The notes under the pieces: model-generated | What the model saw: only the letters and a program-made list of their open reading frames with translations | Told to the model about the DNA's origin: nothing | Database searches by the model: none | Shown here: positions 42,431 to 55,686 of the stretch, piece after piece | Layout: every line of letters starts with the position of its first letter | Numbering within the stretch: the stretch's first letter is position 1 | Position numbers and translations under genes: made by a program | Assembly (NCBI RefSeq): GCF_006345805.1 | Contig: NC_043002.1 | Coordinates: 52,824,001 to 52,888,000 of the forward strand | Direction of reading: 5' to 3' | Length of the DNA stretch: 64,000 nt | Source: Octopus sinensis | Taxonomy: Eukaryota

Positions 42431-43264
42431 CGCACACATATGTACACAAATATGTATATTTGTGTATATCTTTGCATGTATACATACACATAAAAATGTA
42501 TTTCTTTTCTTCTATTCGCACCTCGAATAATTAAATCAAATCTTTTCAAAAGAAATGTTTTTACATGTTTAACAAAATTCTAGCTTACAATTCATACAAT
42601 AATACACATTTTCTAACGGCCGATCATTTAATGACAAGAGAAAGATATTTACTGTACATACCTACCTGCACACAGATTAGATATAATGTAATGGATACAA
42701 AATATTTTAAGAAGCTGGAATTACACATCCTTGTAACAAAGGAGATGGTAATAGAATAGTTTCACAATCATATTTATTTATGTAGCAATTGACAGGAACA
42801 TAGTATGCTTTCATCCTCCTTATGTTACAAAAGCAGAATCAAGCATATGGCACAGTAGAAATTTAACATAGTTGATAGAAGGTTAAAGTAACGTTATTAA
42901 CAAATAGATGGAAGATCCTAGTGAAAAGGTGAGTGACCGTAGTAAAAAGAAAAAATCATTCAAATGAATGGACTTAATCTAAGCATGTGCATATAGACTG
43001 AAGAACAACAGTTAGGCAAAAGCTTGTACCCTTGGTCATCAGGGTAATCTTGGATCTGTGGAGTTTCTCCTCTATCATGAGGATTACATTGTAGTTGTTT
43101 TTGAATATTTTGTATATTAGGTATTACTTTTATTTCATTTCACCCTCTCCCTTTTCTGCCCCCAATTTTTTTTTTATCTAAACCATCACACAAATTATAA
43201 AGAGGCCTTCACCCTCATCTGATACCTCTCTGGTAAATAAAAGAAATTATTATTATTATTATTA

Positions 43265-43633
43265 TTATTACCTCCACCTTAGCAAAGGCAGAGGTATTGT
43301 TTTCAGTCGTGTTTGTTTGTTTGTCCTTGGGCAAGATATCTCAAGACTTGCCGGATGAATTTGGATGAAACTTTCAGGGATGTTTGTCCTAGTGACTGGC
43401 ACGAACTGATTAGATTTTGGGATTGATCCAGTACCAGACAAGGATTTGGGATTATTTTTCCTGCTTTTTTACTAAATATTTGAGAGCAGTTGGGTTCAGT
43501 TTTAGTATTCTTGTTTGTGAGAGCAGTAGAGTTTATTTCAAATATTCTCATTTTAAAAATAATCTCTAGCTAATTGTTGCGAGGATGTTGGTGTTGCCTT
43601 GGCAGAGGTTTGTGCTCTCTGAGTGCTCTTGTT
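43265..43633 (+). mobile_element. non-autonomous Helentron-associated (HINE/DINE-1-like) element
   Basis: 5' TTATTACCTCCACC, (GTTT)n tract, 3' subterminal inverted copy GGCAGAGGT followed by the hairpin GTGCTCTCTGAGTGC; inserted in a TTA tract. Confidence 0.8.
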
Positions 43634-43665
43634 ATTATTACTATTATTATTAGTAATAGTATTAA

Positions 43666-43960
43666 GGTGGCAAGCTGGCAGAATTGTTAACACACCAGGC
43701 AAAATGTTTAGCAGCATTTCGTCTGTTGCTACATTCTGAATCAAAATTCTGTTAAGGTCAACTTAGCCTTTCATCCTTTCAGGAATGGAAATTAAGTACC
43801 AGTTGAGCTCTGGGATTGATGTAATCAACTAGTTCCCTCGCCGCCAAATTTCAGGCCTTGTGCCTAAATTAGAAAAGACTATTATTACTATTATTATTAA
43901 GGCAGCAAATTGGAACTGACCAACAAAATTTCAAGCCTTGTGCCTATAGTAGGAAGGATT
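43666..43960 (+). mobile_element. SINE family A copy plus internally deleted second copy
   Basis: Head, core and tail motifs. Confidence 0.88.
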
Positions 43961-44543
43961 ATTATTATTATTTTTTTCATTATTGTGCCTCTCCTGCTTC
44001 AGTAGCAATAATTGGATGAGATTGTAGAATGTTCCCAGATATTTTAGAGTCTACTGTCCAGTGAATTAATCCATGTAGAAACAGAGAGCAATGTGATGCT
44101 GTAGTACATGGTACACAGAGACATGGATGTATACAGTTATTTTGAAAAGTACCTTAACCCATTCAATCAATAAGGTCACCTAAAGTTTTTACGATATACT
44201 TTTGCATAACATTGCTTTCTGGATATCAACATTAATGAGAAAAATATGATTGATGAACTAATCCATTCACTGATTTTTTTTTATATATTAACATTGAGCA
44301 ATTATAACTGATGAACCAATCCACACTTTATGAGTAAATAATTAGAATCAAGAAAGATTGTTGTTGTTTTTATCTTTAGTAGAAACATTAACACCAAGTA
44401 TAAATAATGAGCTGAAATTGTTGAATTAGATCGATTTAAATTAAAATTACTGATTATTTGATTGATAGTGTTGATATTTATTAGTCAAAGAAGATGATTT
44501 AATAGTCCTTAAGTTTCATATTAAATGTTAATATATATGTATG

Positions 44544-44612
<69 letters not shown>

Positions 44613-44837
44613 GAGAGAGAGAGAGAGAGAGAGAGAGCAAGTGAGAGAGAGAGAGAAAGGGTGATAGATATTATTAAAAAGAAAGATCTACATGCTAATT
44701 AAAGAAATAGTTTGATTTCGTTTCTTTTGCATAAAATGTTTTAAACTGGCTGACTTGATAAAACTAGAGAGATAAATAAACTTACAGGTCACAAAAATAG
44801 TCTCTGAATGACAAAGATTTATTTCATGTATGGTCAT

Positions 44838-44992
44838 ACAACAGCTTGCAGAAGATGTTGGATGCCAAGTTGAAAACTTAAAAACACTAATAGAAGATCG
44901 GGAAGGATGGAGAGAGGTAGTTAAGCTGGCCTGAGTAATCAGCCTAACTGAATGATGTCTCAATAAGAAAAAAAAAAAAAAAAAAAAAAAAA
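44838..44992 (+). mobile_element. RTE-type LINE 3' end followed by poly(A)
   Basis: Frame reads QQLAEDVGCQVENLKTLIEDREGWREVVKLA* (DR..WR terminal motif of RTE ORFs); A-run at ~44968-44992. Confidence 0.72.
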
Positions 44993-46489
44993 CCCATCAG
45001 ATTGAGAGAAAAGTCATGCAACTATTTTGCACTTAAATAATAAATGCAGGTCTTTAAATTTAGATGTTCGTATAAATTTTCAGACAATTGCAACTGATCA
45101 AAATATTAAAACATCACCAGGCAGGACAGTCTTAGCAGTGTTAAAGACACCTCAGGGATATCAATGCACCTGGCACATACTGACAGCAAGCCACATAATT
45201 CATAGATTAAAATTGGGCCCCTAGACCTGTGAAGCCTCTGGACAACTGTCGTGTGAGCTCATACCTTAAGACGGTAATGCCACCAGACCAATGGCTGAAG
45301 TTTCAACAGTTTTGCTCATATCATCAACACTGTACCATGTTCTTGGCAAAGAAACTTAAATCTGGGTGGACCAAGTCTAGTTATAACTAATGAGAAAAAT
45401 GAAAAATGGCTTCTACTCCTTTGATTGATAATACGTAACAATATGGTGCCATGTTACTAAGGAAATAACCATTACTTTACCACTTAATGCACTGAAATGA
45501 GATAAACTTTGGTCTGTTATAATTCCTTCTTTTAATTAATAGCAAAACCTGAGAAAAAAACGTTGGGGATAAATGTTTTCTTAGTTACATAGTTACTCCC
45601 TCTCTCAATTTAATTTTCCTTATGTATGTGCAGAAAAAAAGAGCAATATGCATGAGAGAAAGATTAAAAGAAAAAGAGACAGATAAAGAGAGAGAAGAAG
45701 ACTACATGAAAGAGAGAGAGAGAGAGAGAGAAAGGAAGACTGAAAGAAAATAAGACAAAAAAAGAGAGAGAGGAAGATTGAAAGAAAAAGAGACAAACAG
45801 AGAGAGAGAGAGGGGGGGAAGTAAGATAGAGACAAAGAGAAAATATATATTTCCATATAAAGAAAAGCAAAGCACCATTACCACTATGCCAACAAAGGAG
45901 CCTTGAACAGCCATTCGATTTGCTAGAAATAGTAGCCAAATACTGTTCATTCATGCATTAGCCCTTTTATATAAAAGACACATTAGAAAATGCAGTCTTA
46001 GATATCTCTAAAAAGACAGGATGGTCAAGGCTGCAGAACCTTTGACCATAGTTCTGTTCAATAAATTTGACCTGAACAATAACAATATCAAAAACCTTTT
46101 CATAATTTATAAACATCAGTGATTCTAGATATATTTTCATTCCTTGGCTGAAGAAAATAATTTTTCTTTGAACATGTGTTGAGTGAGAAAATAATAAAAA
46201 CAATTAATTAAGTATAGAGATTAATCTGAAATACAAATCATAGCACTCCTATATTGTAATAAATTAAATCTGACTTAAAATAAGTAGCGAACCAAAAATA
46301 TAAATCTCTAATAGCAGAGTTAAATAAACCATCTCCAGCTTTGACAACTTAAATATTGTCATTGTTGTATTTTTATTAATGTTCATATTGATGAAATCAT
46401 ATTTAAAAAATATTTTCCATATTCAATACACCTATATCCTGGAACTATTTGAAGTTGGGTGTTATTTGGGGGTTACAGAACAAAATAAT

Positions 46490-46564
46490 CAAGTAATTAT
46501 TGATGATCCCTTAATTTTAGTAGACAAGTAATTATTGATGATCCTTTAATTTTAGTAGACAATC
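46490..46564. repeat. 36-bp tandem duplication (caagtaattattgatgatcc.ttaattttagtaga x2)
   Basis: Seen directly, one mismatch. Confidence 0.93.
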
Positions 46565-46975
46565 TTGAAGTGCTAGTCTAATTCAGACACACAAATATAC
46601 ACTCATATACATCCTATGTATATATTCATTCACATCAATGAACATATCCATTTGCTGTAAAATTATAGAAGACTTCACAATAGCCTTTCACATTTCTTCA
46701 TTATGTTATTATTTTCAAAAATATATTATCTTTGGTGCAAATTATTTCTCAAAAGAAAAGCTGTATAGTTAAAAGGGATCCAGCTAAATAGATATTAAGT
46801 GATTTATTTTTAAAATTTAATTTGATAAAATGTGATAAAAATAAAGTTGAATTAATATATTTTTAGCATAAGTATTTGATCATTATAGATTATTTCACGT
46901 TGGAATTTTTTAAAAATTTAATGTGATATATTAGTAATAGTGTCTACTTTAAACTACGAGTAGTTATTAGGAAAC

Positions 46976-47011
46976 CTTTTTCCTTTCTGTCTTCAGCATT
47001 TGCTTTTTCAG
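46976..47011 (-). CDS. NCX: candidate 36-nt cassette exon of NCX (AEKANAEDRKEK)
   Basis: tttgcttccttctttgcag|CT GAA AAA GCA AAT GCT GAA GAC AGA AAG GAA AAA G|gtttcc; phase 1-1, no stop, purine-rich, but the donor is weak. Confidence 0.35.
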
Positions 47012-50000
47012 CTGCAAAGAAGGAAGCAAATTTGAATTATTATTATTGGCGGTTTCGGTGGTTAACATGTACTTTATTCATCTGAAATTGAAGAAAACTA
47101 GGTTGGAATGAAAACTACTAATGATTTATATTTGCTTTTGAAAAGGAAGAAAATGTGAACAGCCTCTCTCGTTAACATCTTCGTATTTTATGGTAAAGAA
47201 AAAAAAATTACTTAAGGGAAATAACTCCATAGCTTCATTGCGCAAGGGAGGGAAGCAGGCATTACATATTTAACACGTTTTCAAATCTCTGGATAATTTT
47301 TTTTTTAATTCAGAAATTATCTGCCAATTTTATGCTTCAAAATAAGTTAGTGTTGACGGCGATATTGTTTATTAATTTATCAAAATTAATCTAGAGTCTT
47401 ATTGTGTTTACATAAACGCATCAAGTATTAGAAAAATAACAATCTTAAGCTAAGGTTATTTAAACGAATGGTAAAACTATGGGAAAATGCTTAACTTAGA
47501 GGGGGATAAACCAAGAAATATAACAATTGTATTGATTTACAATTCCTTGTTTCATATTCACATAATCGTTGTGCCAACGAAACAAACCGAGCTGAGTGAA
47601 CAAGGGAAACTTTATAAGATTGCTCAACACGCATACAGCAGAAGGTAAAACTACCAAAAATCATATCCTCGTCTTTTGAGAAAGGAAAAGAAAGAACATA
47701 TGGGATAATGTACACCTGTTTACACTATATCTTCAAAAAATACAGAGTGGTCATAACTGGAACGTCTCTGATTCTGAGTGTCCGTTTGATTAACTCAGGC
47801 TTTATGTTTGTTTTATCTTTTCCACTTTAAGTAAGCTATAATTTATTTCAAAACTTGATAGCTTTTTGCCTCTATAGTATTTAAATAATATCAATCATTT
47901 ATAGTAAACTGTAATAAACACTATCTATGAAGAGTTTTCAAAATTATTAGCACCCCCCAAAAAAAAATTCAATCAGATTTGAAGCAAATGATGTAAAATT
48001 TCACTTAAAATAAATGATTGCTAGTCTCTTATCATACATTATAATAATGATAGTTGCAGAAGAAATACCTCCATTTGTGTGGCAAGAGCATAACAAAGTT
48101 TAAAGAATGATTCAAAGAATTTCACTCCACTTCTGCTATGCTACATATGCCTTTGGAAAAAACGATATATATCATATGTTCTTATTGTCTTAAACCAAAA
48201 ATATTTGACTTATGTGCCTCATAAAAAGAGAGTGGTATTATCACTGCCATAGAAAAAGACCAATTTCATAGTCAAATAGGATTAAATTAAACAATGGTTT
48301 ATATATGTTTCCGCATTCTCAAGATGACATTTTTAGTATTAAAATAACGAAAATAAGCTCTTTCATTATTGTGAAGCTAAAAATTATTAGACGAAAACTA
48401 TATAGACAAGACCTATGTTGAATGTCAGTTAGAAAATAAAATTCTATATTGGAACAATACTTTATAATGAACTTGCGAATATTTCTAAGGTAAATATCAT
48501 ATGTTGGAAATTAAGAAACCAAAAAAAAAGAAAAAAATCAAACATCAAATTTCAATGACACTGTTCAATATTTAAAGATCAGATTGATAGCTATACTTTA
48601 TACTAGCTAATGACTAAAAACTTTTAAATTGACATTAGTAAATAAATGACTTACTTTTATTGTCAAAAGAATTTTAAAATATATGACATTTTTTGTGAAA
48701 GGATTTTAATTTGTAGAACAAAAGAAAAATATTAGTTTATATTTCTCCAATGAAAAAAAAAAAACTGATATTTCATTAGCTGCAAATATATATTAATAAT
48801 CCAGTAATATAATTATAATTAATAATTTTATTAGGTATTATATGAGTAGTAGACTCAAATGTAGAAGAAAAAATATGTAATAAACTATATCTCAAACTTC
48901 AGCAAACAGAAACTATAAAAATAATCACTTAGTCTATAATTAAAATTGACAGTTTTTATTCAGAAACATTTTAGTAAAAAAATAAATCACGACTTCATTA
49001 GGTTACTTAGTCAATCCTTTAGAATCCAGAAATAGTCTTCATGTTAAATATTATCCATGTTAATATGATAGGCATTAAAATGTGTTAGTAAAAACAAGCA
49101 TTCCCAGAACAGATTTTACCACATTGAAGAGTTACTTTGAGTAATTTAGTTTGATACCTCTAACAGTTATGAAATGATAGGAAAAAAGTTAGGTAGACTC
49201 CTTGTTTTAAGTCCTATAGTGAAGATGTTATCACAATGTGATATTTGTGAAGAGAGCAAAGAAAATGGAGAAAATGAAGAATTATGAATTAAGTGCCGAA
49301 GAAGAGTTAAGAAAGATAACAGGAAGTATGATGGGTTTTTGTTGTTTTTGATAAAAAAAAAAAAGCAGTAGCAGAAAATATTTGAAAGAGACAAAATAAA
49401 ATGTTTCCTATACTCCAGAGAAATATTTTCCTAGGTTGTGAAATTTAAGATTGGAAGCTTGGTGGATAAGAATGTATATTTTTAGCCCTAGTTAGCACTT
49501 TACTATTATCCCTTTGGGATATAATATAAATATCTTCTTCATACTTTCTTCCAGAAATCTCAGTAACATGAAATCTTAATTTTCATATCCTATGCAACGT
49601 GAAACTAATTTTGTAAGCATTAGAGAAATAAGAAAAAAATTCATTTATGATAATTTTGATTTGTTCAGTGTTGGAAAAAAAACTAAGTCATATGAATTAA
49701 GCAAAATATCTCTGACCGAAGAATGTTTATGCTACAACTTAGTAAAAACATGAAGGCTTCAGATTCATATTTGAATATTGATAGGAAAAAAAAAAAGTTG
49801 GCATCACTATGGCATCTATTTCAGTTTTGTGTTCAGGATTTGATGAATGAAGGAGTTTAATTTTACCACTTTCACCTGTCTTTGCTGCTATAATGTAAGT
49901 TCATCAGGTCTGTGTCGATTGTACATAGCAGGATGTCCAAATCCTCAACAAAGACACTGACATCAAATTTACACATTTCTCTTGTTTCAAGAGAGAACAT

Positions 50001-50817
50001 TGAAGAGCTGAAATCTCTTGAAATCCAGAATGTTGCAGAACTTTGTCATTATAGAAGGGAAAAATCAGAACTTTTGGAATTATGAAATGGTGCCTTGAGC
50101 CGGGATTCATGTAAGTTTCAATGTTGAAGTTTGGCACCATTCTATCTCAGACTTTATAGATACATGACTGCAAATTGTCCATTTTTTATGTCCCAACTTC
50201 AAAGTTTACAAGGCCTCTCAACTTTTCACCTGGTGCACAAAATCATTCTTATTTGAGTAAGTCCTCTGGACTGTCTCTAGATCACTAGTGAGCTTTGTAA
50301 TAGGAGTAGCCACAGCTGAGAGAAATGACAGAGAACAAATGTCTTCCAGGGAATAAGCATGATCTCTTGTGCTCTTATTCTGAATATTTTGCCATTCATT
50401 TGCATGTAGAATAGTACATCATTGGTCATTACATTTTCCAGACACTACAGAATTTCTGACTGATACTGTAATTTCTTCTGAGACTCAGTACACAGGATGT
50501 ATTGTGTTAGAGGATTGATAGCAAACTAATCTCCATTGAATTTTATGTTTATTCAGCCACTAAATTTTATGTTTCCTTCAGTACATCTTAGGCTTTTGAT
50601 ATCTTTGGAGGAATTTTACTGCTCATGATGGTTTAATTCTCATTGGCAAAGATTATGAGGATGGCTGCACTGACAACCACAATTAAATCATATGGAATAA
50701 TTGCAAACAATAAAATATCCAAGATGGCCATCTATGGTACAGCTGCTCAGTATATGTAAACCACCAAAGAAATATTACCTGAAACAACATACTTTCTATT
50801 TTTTAGGGAGTCATACA

Positions 50818-51163
50818 GCACATGGCTCAGTGGTTAGAGTGCTGGGCTCACAATCATGAGGTAGTGAGTTCAATTCCTGGACTGGCTGTGCATTGTGTTC
50901 TTGAGCAAAACACTTTATTTCACATTGCTCCAGTTCACTCAGCTGCAGAAAGGAGTTGTGACATCACTGATGCCAAACTGTATCAGCCTTTGCCTTTCCC
51001 TTGGATAACATCAGTGGCATGGAGAAGGGAGGCTGGTATGCACGGGCAACTGCTGGTCTTCCATAAACAGCCATGCCTGATCTTGTGCCTTGGAAGGGAA
51101 CTTCCTAGGTGCAATCCCATCATCATTCAGAAGGAGACAGAAGGAGATCTTTACTCTTTACCC
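50818..51163 (+). mobile_element. SINE family D full-length copy
   Basis: TGGCTCAGTGGTTAGAGTG A-box and GAGTTCAATTCC B-box, then the family D core. Confidence 0.9.
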
Positions 51164-51599
51164 ATACAGCCACTGTCTCATTTTCTTTAAAGTTTGTAAC
51201 AATGTCCTATGCTCAAATTTGTCAAAAATCTTTGCAATGTCTCCTTATAAATGCTTGAGTAACTGTATGAAACAGCATAAACATGGACGAAAAAACCCCC
51301 AAAAAACAATGAGACTAGGTATCATTTAGCAAGCTTTAGATACACAATGAGTTTTTCCTCGATAAACATTTTCCAAGACATTGATGATATATAATGTAGA
51401 CAGTGTTCCTCTAATTCTTTGCAAGCACATTTTTGCTTCTAATATGTAAAGGAAATATTTTGGCTTTTCAGTAGATTTTCTTCATGGCTGCCACTTTTAA
51501 TATAGCTTTCAATAGTTAACCTAAGCATTTTGGTAAGAATTTGTTTTACATATGAGAATATATAACATAGAACACATACACGCAAATATATAAACAAAT

Positions 51600-51632
<33 letters not shown>

Positions 51633-51734
51633 AATGCATGTATACATATGCAATTTTGGGTACATACAGACATATATATATATGCATGCACACCTACATA
51701 TAAATGCATACATACAAATATATATATATATACA

Positions 51735-51990
51735 TAACAAAAAGTTTTGAATGGTACAACAATGCACTATAATACAGACAATGGGGTATAGCAGTTGTGA
51801 ACTCGGCCTGACCCAGGTGTAGAGATAGGAGAGTATTGTAGTTTGCTTGAAGCATTGTGTATTGTTTGTAAAGAATAAAAAGTTTTGAATGGTAGACAAT
51901 GTCTGTATTATAGTGCATTGTTGTACCATTCGAAACTTTTTATTCTTTAAACAATACACAGTGCTTCAAGCGAACTACAATACTCTCCTA
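51735..51990. mobile_element. palindromic MITE-like element
   Basis: Arms 51826-51894 and 51924-51990 are near-perfect reverse complements; 51738-51782 is the reverse complement of 51897-51940; TA repeats on both flanks. Confidence 0.8.
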
Positions 51991-52728
51991 TATATATATA
52001 TAATGCATGCATAGATACATATATATGAGTGTGCGTAATATGAATATATACTACATGTATAAACATGCACACACTCAAATTCACATATGTGTGAGTGTGA
52101 GGTTCACTTGCCAACCACATGGTTTCAAGTTCAATCTCACTGCATGCCACTTCAGTAAAATATTTTCCACTGTAGCCTTGTGAATAGATTTGGTATACAG
52201 AAACTAAGAGAAGCTAGCTGTGTGTGTGTCTGTGTGCGCACACACATATACACACACGCATATGCATCAGTGAGTTCATATTTTCCCTCATTTTCACATG
52301 TGTCCAACCCATGCAAGCTGGTTGCACGCAATGACTTTACTGTTCATGCACATAGTGGTATTTGCTTGCAGTTCACCACAAAAGCATGTCTGGGCTCCTC
52401 AATATATCTTGACATGTTGCACAATCTTTGTAAACAAAATATTCCTTTATGCACTGTCGTCTGTGTTCCACTTCTCTGTATAACTACGTCCAAATTGTTT
52501 GTTGTTCAATAGACTGAGTGACTATTATCTTGCTTCAAAAACAGGTGGGTATTGGCAACTGGAAGTGCAGCCACATTTAGAAAAATCTATCGACTTCAAT
52601 GCATTGTTATGTGGCCAATGCAAGTATGAGGAAGTAGGTGTTTAGACAATGATGAGGGCAATGATATGTACATATCTCTTGAACAATATAAAATTGACAT
52701 ATATATATATTATATATATATATATATA

Positions 52729-52794
<66 letters not shown>

Positions 52795-55573
52795 GTATGT
52801 ATATATATATATATATAGATACACACACACACATATATATCCTCAACACATCTTAAATCAGAAGAACTGAAATAAATTTAAACATAGACCTTCAATGTGA
52901 GTTAAGCACACTCTTATTCAACTCATAGTTAGGTATTATTATACTTGCAAAATTATGTGTGTGTGTGTGTGTGTATACACATACATTATCATTTACATAT
53001 ATAAGTATATAGATACATATATATATATATATGAATGTAATCAAACATCACTGCAATAAAAAGTTTACATCTGAGAGCTAGCTAGCAAACTATATAAGCA
53101 TCTAAAAAGTCTAAAGCTATTGCAGCAAGCAAGACTAATGGAATATCATTAATTTACTCTAATAAAATCAAAACTCAATATGCTAAAGTGGGAGAAAAGG
53201 AACAAAATTTGAGCAGAAAATTTTAATTCATATTTTATTTTCTGTTAATTGAGCTATTCTTCCAATCAACAAGATGCTACTGGCTTCTGTTTGGAGAGCT
53301 AATTAAGTGTAAAAGTAGTTCCAAGGAATTCTGGTGTTGTGTGACAAACTTTCTTGAAAGGCAACAGGCCGAAAATATCAGTTTTATTACCATGTTAAAA
53401 TATTGCACTTTAAGCTTGGCAAGATTTCCATTGCTGTCATATCTATTCGCGAATTTGAAATTATTGCTATCTCACTTCATCAAAATCAAATTATGTTAAA
53501 GGCTGTATAAGTCAAAGATCCTGTTTGTTAGGCATGACACAGCGATATATAAAAGTACATTTACATACAGCAACACACACTCAATTGCATTTTGTTTATG
53601 TTGTACTCCTAGCTTAATTTTATTAGATAAGATGTCATCAGTATGTGCATACTAAATGATGTGTCATAGGCCAGGATACATCAGATTTAATTCTATTATT
53701 CTTCTGAAATCACATATAATACTATTGACTTTGGGTGTATTAAAATGTGAGTGCTTTAATCTGGTGGTGTGAAGAAACACTCAATTCACTCTGAAAAGTG
53801 GTTGGTGTTTGAAAGAGCATCTAGTCATAGAAATGATGTCAAAGTTGACACAGGAGTTTGACACAGCCCTAAGGCTTGCCAGATCCTGTCAAAATGTCCA
53901 ACACATGCCAGCATAGAAAATGGATGTTAAATGTTGACGATGATGTATTTGTATGCAATACTCTCAAAGTCTATGAATAAAAGTCTCATTATCATCAATC
54001 CTCGTATGCTACAATCTGATTTCAGTATTTATTTGCAGTATACAAAGAGGTATTTTTAGGCTACTATAAGTTTCTCTGCCTGATATGTCCATTTGTGAAT
54101 CTTAGTCTTGTTAGATGTTTATGTTTCAAAGAGAAATCCATAAGAGCCAGTTCATTACAGCCCAGATAGGATACCCCCCACCCCCCCAAAAAGTGTTTTT
54201 TTCATGGACTGAACTGTCTCTTAAAATTCTACATTCACCTGCTTGTGAGAAATTCAATTTACTGTTCAGTGATGATTACTCATGATCCCAGTGGTTGGAA
54301 ACAGAAAACTGCTAACTAGAATATATAGGTGCAAGTGTTAATAAGCTTGCTTCCTGACCAGTTGGCTCTAGGTTAAGTCCTAGTGTTGCAGCTTGTGCAG
54401 ATGTCTTCTATAATCCCTGGCCTACGAGATGGAAACTAACCAAATGGAGCCCATTATAGATATATACATATATGTGTGTGTGTGCATGATTGGTGCAAAC
54501 AGGTGTTACTCTCATACAAACTGCGTCCTTTGCTTCCAAACATCTGTGAAAACATGTTCAACCATGGGGAAATATTAGCTAATTTGGAAACAGAAGGGGG
54601 TTGGTGATAAGGAAGGGCATCCAGCCATTGAAAATCTGCCTTCACAAATGTTATCCAACCCATGCAGGCATAGAAGAGTGGCCATTCAAATAATAAAGAA
54701 TATTATTCTTGGCATTAAGCATGAACTGACAGAAAGATATTCGATCATCTCAAATATTTTCTTTCATTTTGCAGTATCAGCATGCATCTGAAGTTTGGTG
54801 TGTTATGTGTATTATGTAAAGTACACAAGCCATTTTTTTTTATTTATTTACTGCCTTATATCCATTTTCCAAAGTAGTATGTGGTGATGGCTTGTTTTTT
54901 AGTCATTAATATTATTGTTGGTGAAGCAAATGTTTTTACACCTGGATGTTCTTATTCCTATACATGCAATTCCTCCTACACACTTACGTAGGAGTGGAAC
55001 AAGCACTTTTGTCTGCCAAGCAAACTGGAGCAGACAGAGTTATGTGCCTCATTCATGGATACAACACAAATGGATGCAGTAATATACCATTTTAATCTTA
55101 CAGTGTTATACACATAACCAATATATATTGTTACATATGGGTTTGTTTTTTTTAATCTATTCAGGAGAGGTGGGAATATAATCAGTTTAAATATAATACC
55201 ACTTTCATAACTCCTAGAGAGATAGAGAAGATAAAAGCAGCTCTACTCCTTTGGCAGTTACTCAGAAATTGAGGATGGCTTGGAAGCATATACAGTGTGT
55301 TCAAAAATCATCTTTACAACTTCCACAATTTATAGTATCTATTAAAGTTGAGATCCAGCAATCAACTTCTTTGCAAACAATGAAGCCCATGTGGAAGTGT
55401 TCTGCTGTTTATCATCATCATCATCGTTTAATGTCCGCTTTCCATGCTAGCATGGGTTGGACGGTTCAACTGATAATAAAGCTATTATAATAATTTTAAT
55501 AAAAATAATATAATATTATAATAATAATATTAAAAATAATATAATATAAATATAATAAAGCTATTATAATAAT

Positions 55574-55686
55574 AAGGAATTACAACCGTGTTTTGTGGTC
55601 TGCTACTACAACAGCTCCTTTATAGGATCCAATTAGCTCAAGACATCATCAGGAGGAACCACGTCCGGTTTCGGCCCCTACTCCTC
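55574..55686 (-). mobile_element. 113-bp insertion with 10-bp target duplication, possibly a Penelope-like terminal fragment
   Basis: TTATAATAAT at 55564-55573 and 55687-55696; minus strand carries GGCCGAAACCGG and CCTGATGATG. Confidence 0.55.

Noticed and set aside
42660-42680. ctaatctgtgtgcag|gtaggt, a recursive-splice-like AG|GT
   Set aside because: Weak pyrimidine tract; such a motif is expected by chance in 23 kb.
44786-44803. 18-nt segment between cag and gtaagt on the minus strand
   Set aside because: Short pyrimidine tract, forms TGA when joined to the next constitutive exon, and abuts a LINE remnant.
49860-50420. Coding-like stretch including ORF 49904-50140
   Set aside because: Stops interrupt the frames I read, with no splice structure or recognisable motif; probably an old retroelement remnant that I cannot support as a feature.
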